The notes under the pieces are model-generated. The model saw only the letters and a program-made list of their open reading frames with translations, was not told the DNA's origin and made no database searches. The position numbers were made by a program, and so were the translations under genes. Below, in pieces: positions 51,201-62,780 of a DNA stretch of 64,000 nucleotides (positions are counted from its first letter, which is position 1; each line of letters opens with the position of its first letter). Origin of the DNA: Felis catus (lineage: Eukaryota). The stretch is taken from the NCBI RefSeq assembly GCF_018350175.1, contig NC_058383.1, positions 14,510,001-14,574,000 on the forward strand, in the 5' to 3' direction.

Positions 51201-51934
51201 TAGAATGGCAGGCTCTCCAGGAGAGGTGGTTTCACCTGCACCCTGCGTAGTGTCTGGCCCACAGTTGGTGCCCCATAGAAAGACTAAGAAAAAACAATTG
51301 AAGTTGGTAATTAATGAATCCTGTTGACCTTCAAGAGAGCAACGTCAATGCAGAGTGGTGGTAGCAGCCAAATTGCAAGGCACTAAGGAAAGAGAGAGCA
51401 GAAAACCAAGGACAAAATAAAGAGAATGAAAGCTGTGACTGGAGATTTTCTGGGCATAAAGATCTGGTTATGCTTGCAGCTTGGAAGAAATGAAGGAGAA
51501 GGGAGAAATAATGACTTAAGGTACCTGCGGAGCCAGGAGGAGACGGAGCTGCAGGAAATGAGCAAATGTGAAGGAGGGGAAGTATTGAAGGGTAGAGAAG
51601 GTAACTTCTCCACAAAGTGGGAGGCAAAAATCCCCTTGACCAGTGAGGGCCCAAGACACCACGCTACAGATTAGGATGAAGGGCACATTTTAAGAATCTA
51701 GACCTTGCTGGGGATGGGAAGGATGCGAGCTGGCAGAGTCATGTAAGGCAAATGATAAGATGACTTGGGGTGCCATTGGAATATGGGTCCGCAGTGGGTG
51801 CAGGCAGTCGGCACCTGGCCCTGACCCTGTGGAAGCAGGAGCCAAGGGCACCTGCACAGCCAGCAGTCCTGAGCGACCAGGAGGTACCAGGGTGGCTGCC
51901 TGTGGTTCACAGAGATATATTAAAGACCCTGCTT

Positions 51935-53450
51935 GCACTAGCAATGGACATTCCAAAAAGGAAATTAAGAAAACAATACCATTGACAGTAGCATCAAAAA
52001 AGATAAAATACTTAGGAATACACTAACCAAAAAAGTATATGTCTTATACACTGAAAACTACAAAACACTATGGAAAAAAAATGGAAGACCTAAATTAAAA
52101 AAATATACACTGTGTTCTTCGATGGAAAGACTTAACTGCTGTTATGGCAGTACTCCCTGAGTTAATCTACCGATTCAGTGCATTACCTATCAAAATTCCA
52201 ACTCCCTTTTTTGCACAAATGGAAAAGATAATCCTAAGACGCACGTGAAAATGCAAGGGACCCAGAGTGGCCAGAACAATATTGAAAAAGAACAAAGTTA
52301 GAAGACTCACACTTCTGATTCTTTTTTTTAAATATAATTTATTGTCAAATTGGCTAACATACCGTGTGTACAGTGTGCTCTTGGTTTTGGGGGTAGATTC
52401 CCCCCACGCTTCCAATTCTTAAACTTACTGCAAAGCCATACTAATCAAGCCATTCTGGTGCTATCATAAGGATAGGCACATAGATCAATGGAACAGAATT
52501 GAGAGTCCAGGAATAACCCTTCACATTTATAATCAGTTAATTTTTTAACAAGGATGACAAGACAATTCAACAGGGAAGAATAGTCTTTTCAACAAATGAT
52601 CTTGGGGCAATAAACAGTCACCTGAAAAAGAACAAATCTGAACCCATACCTTACCTCATATTTGAAATTAACTCAAAATGGATCAAAGATCTAAAGGTAA
52701 GAGCTTAAACTCTAAAATTCTTAGAAGACATAGAGGTAACTCTTCATGACCTTGGGTTTGGCACTGTTTCTTGGACATGATATCAAAAACACAAGCAACC
52801 AAAGGAAAAAAACTGATAAATTGAACTTCCTCAAAATTAAAAACTTTTGTGCTTCAAAGGACACTCTCAAGAAAATGGAAAACCAACCCATAGAATGGGA
52901 GAAAATACATGAACTCATACATATACCTGAAAAAGATCTGGCATCCAGAATATATAAAGAACTCTTACAACTCAACAATAAAAGGACAATTTGTCCATGA
53001 AAAAAAAATGGGCAAAATATCTGAGTTGACATTTCTCCAAAGAAGATCTACAAAGTGGCCAGTAAGCACATGAAAAAATGCTTGATGGCATTAGTCATTA
53101 GGGAGATGTAAATCAAAACCACAATGAGATACCACTTCACACCCAGTCGATGACTAGAATTTTTTTTTAAGGAAAGAAAACCAGACAATAACAAGAGTTG
53201 GCCAGGATGTAGATGAATTGGAACCCTGGGCACGTAAGCTGGTACAGCTGCTTTGAGATAGTTTGGCAACTCCTCGAAAAGTTAAGCACCAATTTACCAT
53301 ATGACCCAACAATTAGCATTTCTACTTCTAGTTATATAGTTAAGAGAATTGAAAACCTATGCTTCACAAAAACTTATATGGGAATGTTCATAGTGGTATC
53401 ATTCATGATAGCCAAAAAGTAGAAAAAAGCCCAAATATCCATCACTTGGT
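51935..53450 (+). mobile_element. L1 ORF2 3' portion (decayed)
   Basis: Translation KKTIPLTVASKKIKYLGIH; atctaccgattcagtgcattacctatcaaaattcca; gatcaatggaacagaattgagagtccag; many stops and frameshifts. Confidence 0.9.
52322..52404 (-). mobile_element. Very short (about 80 bp) antisense L1 3'-end insertion within L1
   Basis: T run plus aatttattgtcaaattggctaacatac...ttggttttgggggtagattcc; degenerate TSD cacacttctgattc / cacgcttccaattc. Confidence 0.75.
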
Positions 53451-55463
53451 CCATGGGTACCCAGAATGGTCAAGAAGAAAATGAGATACTCCCACACCAC
53501 CTTGGAGGGAGACACCAGATCATGTTGCACCAAAGACTTGAGAGGAGATGCCGTGGGGGTGGGAGAGTTACAGAAGACCCTGTGGAATGGAGAGAATCGC
53601 CCTGAAGTCTAGGAAAGTTGAGGACAGCATATTCTAGAGGAGGGCCAGTAAATAGCTTTTCTAGTCAGGGAAACAGTTGGAGCAAAGCCTTGGGGGTGGA
53701 AAAGCCTATTGTACCTGTAGAGGACAGGGAGCAGAGGTCCTTAAGGAAGGAATACCATGTCTGGGGAGCTGGGAGGTGGACTAGACAGTGGTCCAAAGAC
53801 ACCACAAAGACTCGTGATCCGGGACTGAGACAAGAAGGAGGATGTGGTCGGCATGAGGTCCAGACACGCACCACGTGCATGAGAAGCAGTGTGAGGTCTG
53901 TTGACATAACTTTAGTACCATCGTCCTTTCAGACCACGGTCCCCTTCCCACGACCCTTGGCCAGGTCCGCAGAGCCTCTGCTTGTGCCCTCCTCGTATGG
54001 GTCTTTGGCTTGGGAAACCACCTTCCCCCAGATTGGAAATCCTATAGGACCCTCCTCAACCCTCCCTGCCCAACTCCCTTGGGGCTGGCACTTGGCCTTT
54101 GCAGGTCCTACTGGCTGGGATCTCATCCTTTGCTCACAGACCCTCAGAAAAGAGAGCCTCTGACTCCTGGTGGCATTTAGCTTCACTCTTTAAACATCTG
54201 GGTCACAGATATGCTCAGTTAATTAATGTTCTTAGCACTGTTCATTTGCCTGCTGGATAATAGATTGATTCATAATTTCAATAAGCAGCTGTGTATATCT
54301 TTCCCCTGAACATAAAGGCAGCCTGCTGTCATTCATCACTTTGCATTTGGTGAATTTGAGTATATTCAGAGAGACATTGTTTAGGGAGGGGTGAGGAGGG
54401 CTTCTGATTTTATCTTTTTGCCTCTAACAATCACTCTGATTTGGAACTAATTTGGGTTTAAAGCACACGTTACCCGCATCTTTCACAAGGGCACTTAATA
54501 AAGCCCCTGTCACTTGTTTCAGAGGGCACCAGGTGGGCTCTCCTTTGGCGATCAAACCAAAGGGTTTCTGAGTGGTTGTCCTCAGGAATAAGGACCCCTG
54601 CAGAAAATCCCGTCCCCTGGAGAAGAGGCACTGAGCAGAGCTGCCTCCTTGCTCCGTTCCTGACCAGAAACGCCCAGGCTCTCGGGAGGAGCCCAGGGTC
54701 ACGTAGGAGGAGGCCCTTCTGCTGCCCAGCTCTGGCCCAGGGCGGCCAACCATCGGGTCTCTAGGGTCCCAAGGAGAGAGGCCAGGACCCTGCCAGGTGA
54801 CCAAATGTCCTCATGCCTCAGTTTCTTGGTCTTTAAAATGCAGAGAGCAGTAGAAACCTATCTCAGAGTTGTCGTAAGAATTACGTTCTTTATCCTCTGT
54901 GAGATGCTTAGAAATGGTGCAGGGTATGCCTTTAATACACGCAAGCTGGTCATTTTGTTTTTTAATTCATTCAGCACCAGCTGTATATTAACGATCTTCA
55001 CTCCTGCCCCCGCCCACCTCCTAGGACGTGAGAGCAAAAATGAGAGATGTATCTTCCTGTCTCATTGCCCTCACCAGCCTGCATTGGCGTTATCTCAGGG
55101 GGAACACAGCCCCATCCTTACATTCCCAGAAACCTGTTCCCAGGCTGGGCACACAGAGAACTCTTCAAAACTTGCCTGTTGGAGTTTAAACGAATAGACA
55201 TGGCCGCGTCTTTTAAATGATGTTGTTCACCACGTTGATAACATCCACAAACACGTTTTGAGCACTTGGTCTGTCATTTTCCCCCAGCAAGGAATGAAAT
55301 TAATTAGACGCAGTCTCTGGCCCCCAAAAGAGTGCGAAAGACAGATGGATGCATTCGCTCAAAAGTTGGTATCCAGGATTATAAACAACGTGGACGAGCG
55401 GGAGAGGGAGGCCACTGAAGTAGCATGGGCCCCGCCGCGGGAAGGGTTGATAGGCAACAGCAT

Positions 55464-55975
55464 CTGTGTATCAGTCAGCTCTTGCTGCGTAACAACTACT
55501 CCAAACCTTAGTGGTTTATCGTTGCCCATGAGTCTATAGGTCAGCCAGACGGTTCTGTGATCTGGACCAGGCTCGGCTGACTTCAGCTGGGCTCATTCAC
55601 ACATCTTCTGGCAGCCAGGAGGCCGGCCGAAGGCTGCCGAATCTAGGACAACCTCATCCACTTGTCCGGTGGTTGGCTGGCTGTTGGTTGGCCCACCTGT
55701 CCCTCCTCCTCTGGCAGGCCATCCAGAGCTTCCTGCCAGGGTGGCAGCAGGTTTCCAAGAGCAAGAGGGTGGAAACATGCAAGGCTAAAGGGCTAGTCCA
55801 GCACGTGGCACATCCTCCCTTCCACTATGTTCTGTGGGCCAGAGCAAGTGGCCGGTTTTCAAGGGATGGGGAAATAGAGTCCACTTCCTGATGCACGTGG
55901 CTCTAAAAGTCACAGTGCCCAGGGTGCATAGAAGGAAGGAGTGAAGGATGTGGCTGTTTTGACAATCTAGCACAG
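55464..55975 (-). mobile_element. MaLR (MLT1) LTR
   Basis: tgtatcagtcagctcttgctgcgtaacaactactccaaaccttagtgg...ttccactatgttctgtgggccagagcaagt...caagggatggggaaatagagtccact. Confidence 0.75.
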
Positions 55976-56797
55976 TCCCCCAGGATTTGTTGCTGTGCGT
56001 GGAGCCGTCAGCAAGTGCCAGGACTGTGTCGCACATTTAGGACGCTTCTGCTTTTTCATCACTGTAAATAATGGTGCAGTAAAGACCTTAGACATGAACT
56101 CGTGTTTGCGGTTGCGATCGTTACCTTGGGATGGATGTCTGAAGGGGAATTTATTGGGTCAAGAGAAGAAAACATTTTAACAGCATGGAGCCTAGATGTT
56201 GAAATTCCCTTTTTGACCAGCGGTAGCAACTTACCCCCACTCCAGCCCATGACAAACCGGGAATAGGGTGGTGGCTGTTGTTGTGGTGGTGGTTGTTGTT
56301 TTAATGCGGTATCGCGTTGCTGTTTTAGTTTCTTTATTTTGACACCTATCAGGTTGAATGCTTTTTAATGTGTTTCTTTTTTGGTGAGCTGCCTCTTTGG
56401 GCACTTTACAGCGGGGTGGCATGAATGAACGAATCCCAGTTTACAAATGGGGAGGAAACGCCGGCTCAGAGAGGTTAAGTGACTGCTTCGAGGGGGCCCC
56501 GCCAGCTGGAAGCAGAGCCAAGCTTTGAAATCAGATGTCCTGTGCTTTGACTGATCCCTGCTCCCCCCGTGTTGCTGAGCAGAAGGCTAGAATCCAGAGA
56601 CGCTGACCGAGGGCATGCTTAGAAGAAAATCAGACCGGCCCTGGGGGAGCAGGATCCAGCCAGGGAGGGGGCTTCCTGAGCAGGGCTCGCCTGTGAATTG
56701 CGTGTTTGGTGGCCAGGACCGCGGCACTGGCAGAGGCCTGGATGAGACGTGCGGGCCCAAGCCCCCTCTCCCCACCTCTCGTCTGCTCTCTCCCCAG

Positions 56798-56965
56798 CTT
56801 GCCCGCTATACCAAGGAGGGCTTCCTGCACTTGGGAGCCCTGGGGACCACCACGCTCCTCCCTGACACCCGCTGCCTGGTGGACAACTCCAAGAGTCGGC
56901 TGCCCCAGCTCCTCGACTGTGACAAAGTCAAGAGCAGCCTGTACAAGCGCTGGAATTTCATCCAG
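56798..56965 (+). CDS. GALNT17: GALNT17 penultimate coding exon (lectin beta repeat), 168 nt, phase 0/0
   Basis: Acceptor ctctctccccag, donor CAG|gtgggt. Encodes LARYTKEGFLHLGALGTTTLLPDTRCLVDNSKSRLPQLLDCDKVKSSLYKRWNFIQ. Confidence 0.95.
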
Positions 56966-57460
56966 GTGGGTAGCCCCCTGGGAAGGGCCAGCACCCCAGA
57001 GCAGGTAAGGCTGCTGCAGACCCCAGGGAAGTCCGACCTCCCCAAGGAACGGTGCCCAGGAAAGCACACCAAAGGTCTCCAGCCCCGGGCCAGCCTCGTG
57101 AACCCAGGGCACGTCCGGGGGGAACCGGCGGTGGCGGGGGCCTTCCACCTGGGACGGCTTCCGGGTCCCTTCGGCAGCACCAGGCCGGCTGGGCTCCGGC
57201 AGATCTCGGGAGGGGAGTGTGGGCGATGTCCCTGAAATCTGCTAAGTGTCTACAGCCACTGCGATTGAGAAAGCCAGACCTTCAATATCCCTGCAAATTC
57301 CGCATTCCCACACCGTCGCCCATCGGGGCCGGTCCCCTGGCTCAGCCATTCAGACTTGGTGAAGCCAATGGCCATTCTGACTTCAGGGTTTCTGGATAGT
57401 CCCTCCCCCTGGGCAAACAATTTTGGTGGGACTGTTCCCCAGGAGAGGCCACGCGCCAGG

Positions 57461-57703
57461 CCTCCTTCTCTGTCTCTCTCCCTGTCTCTCTGTCCCTGTC
57501 TCTCTCCCGATCTCTCTCTCTCTCTCTCTCTCTGCCTTTCAGCCTCTTTTTTCTCATGGTCTGATCCCTCTCTTTCTCTCTCTATCCGTCTTATTCTCTA
57601 TATCTCTGTCTCCACCGATCTGTTTCCGTTCTCTGTGTCTCTGTCTCTGTGTCTCTCTATGTCTCCCTGTCTATGTCTCCATCTGTCTCTCCGCCTTTTA
57701 CCT
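57461..57703 (+). repeat. CT-rich low-complexity tract upstream of the last exon
   Basis: Directly visible (tc)n and tctg repeats. Confidence 0.9.
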
Positions 57704-57705
57704 AG

Positions 57706-57834
57706 AACGGAGCCATCATGAATAAGGGCACGGGGCGCTGCCTCGAGGTGGAGAACCGGGGCCTGGCTGGCATCGACCTCATCCTCCGCAGCTGCACGGG
57801 ACAGAGGTGGACGATTAAGAACTCGATCAAGTAG
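57706..57834 (+). CDS. GALNT17: GALNT17 terminal coding exon (lectin gamma repeat) ending in TAG
   Basis: Acceptor ccttttacctag. Encodes NGAIMNKGTGRCLEVENRGLAGIDLILRSCTGQRWTIKNSIK*, with CLE and QRW (QxW) motifs; stop codon at 57832-57834. Confidence 0.95.
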   Translation, partial: NGAIMNKGTGRCLEVENRGLAGIDLILRSCTGQRWTIKNSIK

Positions 57835-59300
57835 CGGGGAGGAGCAGGGGCCCCCGGAGCCTGGCCCCCGGGACAAGGTCTGCCCGTCTTCTGGGCCAGC
57901 CGCACTGGTGAAGAGACAGCGAGGAGCCAGCCGGGGCTCAGCAGCCCTTCCGGGGCTTCTCCAGGGGCCCCGGATGGAGACTTGGTGTCCCCAGTGGGCG
58001 CTCAGCTGCCGTGAGGCTCGTGCCCCCTGGAAAAGCCCCCCGACCCTTCTCTGGGAACCCGGGAGCCGTGTCTTCTGCAGCCTGGATGTGGACCTCGTAC
58101 CATGGAGTGAACCCCCCACGTCCTCCTCGTCGTCTTCGCAGCCACAATCAGGACTGGGACCGGCAGGGGCCCCTCCTCGTCCTCGTCTCTTGCAGCTGCA
58201 GCAGCTTCTGAGTGCCACCCCGACCCTCGGCAAGGTGGGGGGTGGCGCTCAGTCACGTCCTATCTGCCCCTCCTCAGAGGAGGCGGTCAGGCCCTGGGAC
58301 TCCGTTTCCCTGGAGGTTGCTTCTGCCCCGATGCCCATTTGCAGCCCGAGGCAGCCTCCACCCCAACCCTTAGCGGCAGACGGCTTTGGCGGCTACGGCC
58401 CTGGACTTTTCTGGACCCTCCCTTAGATGGCCTGGAAGGAATTAATGCTTCCACGGTCACCAGGGCGCTAGGCTCTCGCGTTCCGGGGCCAGCTGCTCTG
58501 CCCGTGTCCGCAGGGAGCCAGACACAGAAAGAGGCTGAGCACGTAGGGAGGTCATGGCTGTGAGGGGCCCTCCGGGCTGGAGCCGGGCCAGTGCGGCTCT
58601 GCCCTCGGGAGACCAGGGGGCCCTGACTCATGACCAGGGAGGCCGCCATGGGAGCCTCCACCTGGAGCTTTAGGACTGAGGCCAGCACAGCACGGGGGTC
58701 GGGGCGGGGTGAGAGCAGGACCCTGGAAAACGCTCCGGGTTCATCTCATCTCACCCCATGCTCTGCTGGCTGACAGGGGAGAAGGCAGTCGATTCCTCTC
58801 TGCAGAGTAATAATTGTTTTCGATTGCCCTCTGGTTAGGGTGCACTTGTAAATCAGAGTTAATATATGGACGCGTGTGCATGCCTACGAGTGTGTGTGCC
58901 TGCGTGGTGTGCGTGTGCGCGTGCATGTGTGTGTCTGGGCGTGCGCCTCCGAGTGTGTGATAGAGCGGGTGTCAGAGTGTGGCCTCGGGCTTGCCGCTTC
59001 GTCGCTCACCTGGATCAGGGCGAGGCTGCCGGAAGTATGGGGGGTTGGCCACCCATCTGTGGCCAGGAGGACGCGGCCCAGCCTGGCCCCATGTGGCGCC
59101 CCAGATGGAAGGCTGTCCCTTCTCCCAGGTCCCTCTCTGTCCCTCATGCTGTCCCCAAGGGTCAAGCCCTGCCCAGAACCAAATCCTGTAGTTGCCCGGT
59201 TTGGGGTTCACAGTGTCTCATTTGGTGGCATCTTATTGGTGATCCCCCTCCCCCAATTCCTCCCTTGTGAAATAAATACATGTGAGCACTTCCCCAAGCA
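57835..59300 (+). other. GALNT17: GALNT17 3' UTR (end approximate)
   Basis: GC-rich sequence with no recognisable interspersed repeat, running from the stop codon to the first AATAAA I found (59271). Confidence 0.7.
59271..59276 (+). terminator. Polyadenylation signal AATAAA
   Basis: gtgaAATAAAtaca, followed about 25-45 nt later by a GU/U-rich element (ccttgtttgcttcttggtt). Confidence 0.7.
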
Positions 59301-61537
59301 GCCTTGTTTGCTTCTTGGTTCCTCCAGAGCCCGGGGTTTGGGGGGGCAGTTCCTGGAACATGGCAGAGGGCTCTTTCGGGTGGGGGGTTTGGTCTCACTG
59401 TAAGCAAAAGCCGTCGCTCGCAGCACGAGGCTGAGACAAAGCCGGTCAGCACTTGCACTCACCCCCCGAAGCAGGACAGAACCTGACATTTTGGTGCTCG
59501 TGTAACTAACCCCCTTGCGGACCCCAGCTTAGGAGGCTCAGGCTGGTGCAGGAAGCGGAAAAGGGGAGGAGGGTTGAGGTGACCTGGCCGAGCCCCTCCT
59601 GCTCGTGGCAAAGTGAAATCCTTAAAGATTCCAGGCCTTCCATCATGGAAACGGGTATGGGACGCACGGTCAGGGGTCCCCTCAGCTGTGACAGTCCCTC
59701 TTCCCTTCGAAGAAGCCCAGAAGGTCCGTCTTCTTTGACGTCACACAAAACACAGACACGCGCACCAATGGCAGTTGCCATGTTTCTTTCGGGTTCTAGG
59801 AGAATCAGGGTCCAGGAGCGTGCTGACGGAAAATGCTGGAGTCTCGGGGTGACCGTGAAGTGAAAAGAGCTGAAGGTCTGCAGGTTCCCACGGGGCTCAA
59901 GGGATCATATGACAGTGTGATGCCTTGGGGGAGGAGTCCTACCCTGACTGCCCCATACTCCCTCTGTGTGGGTCTGAAAGTACAAATATGAAGAAGGAAT
60001 TATCCTGTTTTACCATTTGCTGAGGTTTTGATCCCAAATCCCGGTGAGGCACCAAGGAGGGCCTGGGAGGCCCAGGGAGGCCTGGGTGGCCTGGGAGGGC
60101 ACCAGGGAGAATCCTTCATTCTACAGGAAATGGGCCAAATGGCCTCAAACCAAAGTAAGCCTCGAGGCCTGCTCAGTTCTCTGAGGGAACAGGAGCCCAC
60201 ACCCTCTGGGGCTCTAGCACGCTCGCTGGATGTGGGGGTCCTTGGTACTCCAAGCCGAACCCTTAAGAATACAAGGCAGCAAGGATCCTGGAACTTACCA
60301 GAGTGAAGTACTCTTCTTCAGTGTCACACGCAGCAGGACAGGATGTTTGGGTTGGCTTATTTATGTGTGTTTGTGGGGGAGGGTAGTGGTGCTGGTTCAG
60401 GACCGTGGGACACTCTCTGCCTCCCAACACCAGCGCATGGGCCCCGAGTCTTGGGTCCAGCATCCGGGAGGCCTGTCCATTTATATCAGCACCTGCCATC
60501 AGCACTCACCTGGGTTACCTCCCAAAGACTGGGCCCCCTGGGGAAACTGGCCCGAGCGTGAGGCCAGCATCCCAGGACAGCACCCTCTTGGCGCCACAGG
60601 GCAGGAGGTGGGGGGGGTGGGGGTGGGGGAGGGGGATCAGAGACCAAGGCAGAGAGGAGGAATGAGCAAAGTTAAAGAGGGAGGAGAGAAAAAAGCAGCA
60701 CGGCCCTGAGGGAGCCTTGTGTCCAGTCCTTTGGAGGACTTTGGAAGGTCCGGAGCCCCACATCTTTGCGCGGTGGCATCAGCTCCAGACGTCCGGCTCC
60801 AGGGGCATCTCACACGCCTTCAGCAGGTGTTGGGCATTGGCACCGTCTGTATCCCCATACCTCCGTCACCCCCAGCCCTTGCAGGGGGGATGATGCACAG
60901 GGAGTTGAGCCCCGACAGCCTTTGCTCCACACACCCCTTCTGTCTGTCTACTTAGTCCCTCACCTGTGCCCCCCTGCCCCTGTCTGGTGACAATTTCTTC
61001 TGCTTTTCTCTAAGTTCCCCTCTCTGTTTATATGGCAAAAACATCACAGATGGTATTGCTGACACATGCCCAAGCCCCGCCACAGATGTCTTTGAATCTA
61101 TATGTGTTATTTCTCAAATGTGTTCTCTATTCTTATTCCGGTGGCCAGAGAAGGAGAAATGCGGAAGGCTGAGAAAGCACAGTCTGGGCCGGAAGCCGCC
61201 ATGTTAACCCACTCCAAGCCCTTTTGCTTGGTTTCCTGAAGCCATTCCTTTCCATCTCATATATTTTCCCCGCCATTCTTGAAGAGCATCCCGGTGTCCC
61301 AAATGGCAGAAGTCAGGCCCGGCCAGAGCAGGCGACTCCCCCAGGGCTGTCGTGTGAGCTGTCCCTGACCAGGCTGTTTCTCTCCTTCCACCTTGCTTGG
61401 GACTGCTGCTCTGAGAAAGGCTGAAGGACAGCCCTGCCAACTGTCCCCATTCTCCCACCCACCCTGGAATGACAGAAGGTCCCCCAGGGGATGGGCTTGG
61501 GAGAGGCCGGGAGCTTGTGCAGGAAACCAGGAGGCCC

Positions 61538-61729
61538 AGAGAGAGCATGCGCATATGCGAGGCGGGGCGGGGCGGGGCAGAGAGAGTGGGAGAGAGAGAG
61601 AATCTGACACGGGTTTCATGCTATCAGTACAGAGCCCAATGCAGGGCTCTATCTCATGAACCGTGAGATCATAACCTGAGCCGAGATCAAGAGTCGGATG
61701 TTTATCTGACTGAGCCGCCCGGGCACCCC
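61538..61729 (-). mobile_element. Carnivore SINE lacking its A tail
   Basis: Reverse head tgagccgcccgggcacccc; no T run on the left side. Confidence 0.85.
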
Positions 61730-62130
61730 AATTAAGCTTCTATTTTAATTCCAGTTTCGCTAACCAACGGTGCTATATTAGTTTCGGGTGTAAAATGTAG
61801 TGATTCAACACTTCCATACATCACCCTGTGCTCATCACGACAGGTGCCCTCCTTAATCCCCATCAGTCATTTCACCCATGCTCCCACCCACCTCCCCTCT
61901 GATAACCATCAGTTTGTCCCCTCTCCTCAAGGCTCTGTTTCTTGGTTCGCCTCTCTCTCCTTTTTCTCCCCCTTTGCTAGTTTGTTTTGTTTCTTCAGTT
62001 CCACGTATGAGTGAAATCATATGGTGTTTGTCTTTCTCTGACTTAATCTTGCTTGGCATTATAGTCTGTAGCTCTATCTCTGTTGTTTCAGATGGCAAGA
62101 TTTCATTCTTGTTATGGCTGAATAATATTC

Positions 62131-62168
<38 letters not shown>

Positions 62169-62220
62169 CCATTCATCTGTGGATGAACGCTTGGGCTCCT
62201 TCCATAGTTTGGCTATGATA
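61730..62220 (-). mobile_element. Carnivore L1 3' end
   Basis: gtgattcaacacttccatacatcaccctgtgctcatcacg...ttccacgtatgagtgaaatcatatgg...gatggcaagatttcattc. Confidence 0.88.
62133..62166. repeat. (GT)17 microsatellite
   Basis: Perfect dinucleotide run inside the L1. Confidence 0.95.
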
Positions 62221-62617
62221 TAAGTCATTGCTGATAAGGCAATGCTGAGTCATTGGCTGATAAGTCATGAAAGGCACCTTAGCCTCTTGTTTCAGTCCAG
62301 GCTCCAGATCAGCGGTTGGGCTGGCAGGTCGTCAGCTCCTAATCAGTTGCCCTTGCTCTTGCCCAAATCGTGAATCTGAGTCTCTTGGCCACTCTGCTTT
62401 CTCACTTATGAAGCAAGTTCCCGAGACCACGTGTTGGCAATCGATGGTGGGCCCCAAACTCCAGAGGCCCATTTCAGTTCAGTTCGACAGTTATATTTGG
62501 ACACGGATCCTTTGGCTTGCGTTTTAAGACTTCTTGGAAAAGAGAGAGAGAGAAAAGGCAGAAGGAGCTAAAAGACAGCGAATACCTTGGTCTTCAGCCG
62601 TTAAAGTTTATCTTTGA

Positions 62618-62780
62618 TCGCGGTCCGTGAGTTCGAGCCGCGCGTCGGGCTCTGGGCTGATGGCTCGGAGCCTGGAGCCTGTTTCCAATTCTGTGTCTCC
62701 CTCTCTCTCTGCCCCTCCCCCGTTCATGCTCTGTCTCTCTCTGTCCCAAAAATAAATAAACGTTGAAAAAAAAAAAAAAA
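62618..62780 (+). mobile_element. 5'-truncated young Felis-type SINE
   Basis: Starts at tcgcggtccgtgagttcgag; pure A15 tail; TSD aaagtttatctttga / aaaggttatctttga. Confidence 0.92.

Noticed and set aside
51170..51228. 31-bp tandem duplication (tagaatggcaggct.tccagga.ag twice)
   Set aside because: An ordinary two-copy slippage duplication; not a CRISPR or other array.
57832..58013. Stop-codon readthrough (TAG followed by C)
   Set aside because: It is not the TGA-CTAG readthrough context, and the extension is featureless GC-rich sequence.
57598..58426. 211-aa antisense ORF and 172-aa 3' UTR ORF
   Set aside because: Long ORFs are expected by chance in GC-rich DNA; composition is low-complexity with no recognisable homology.
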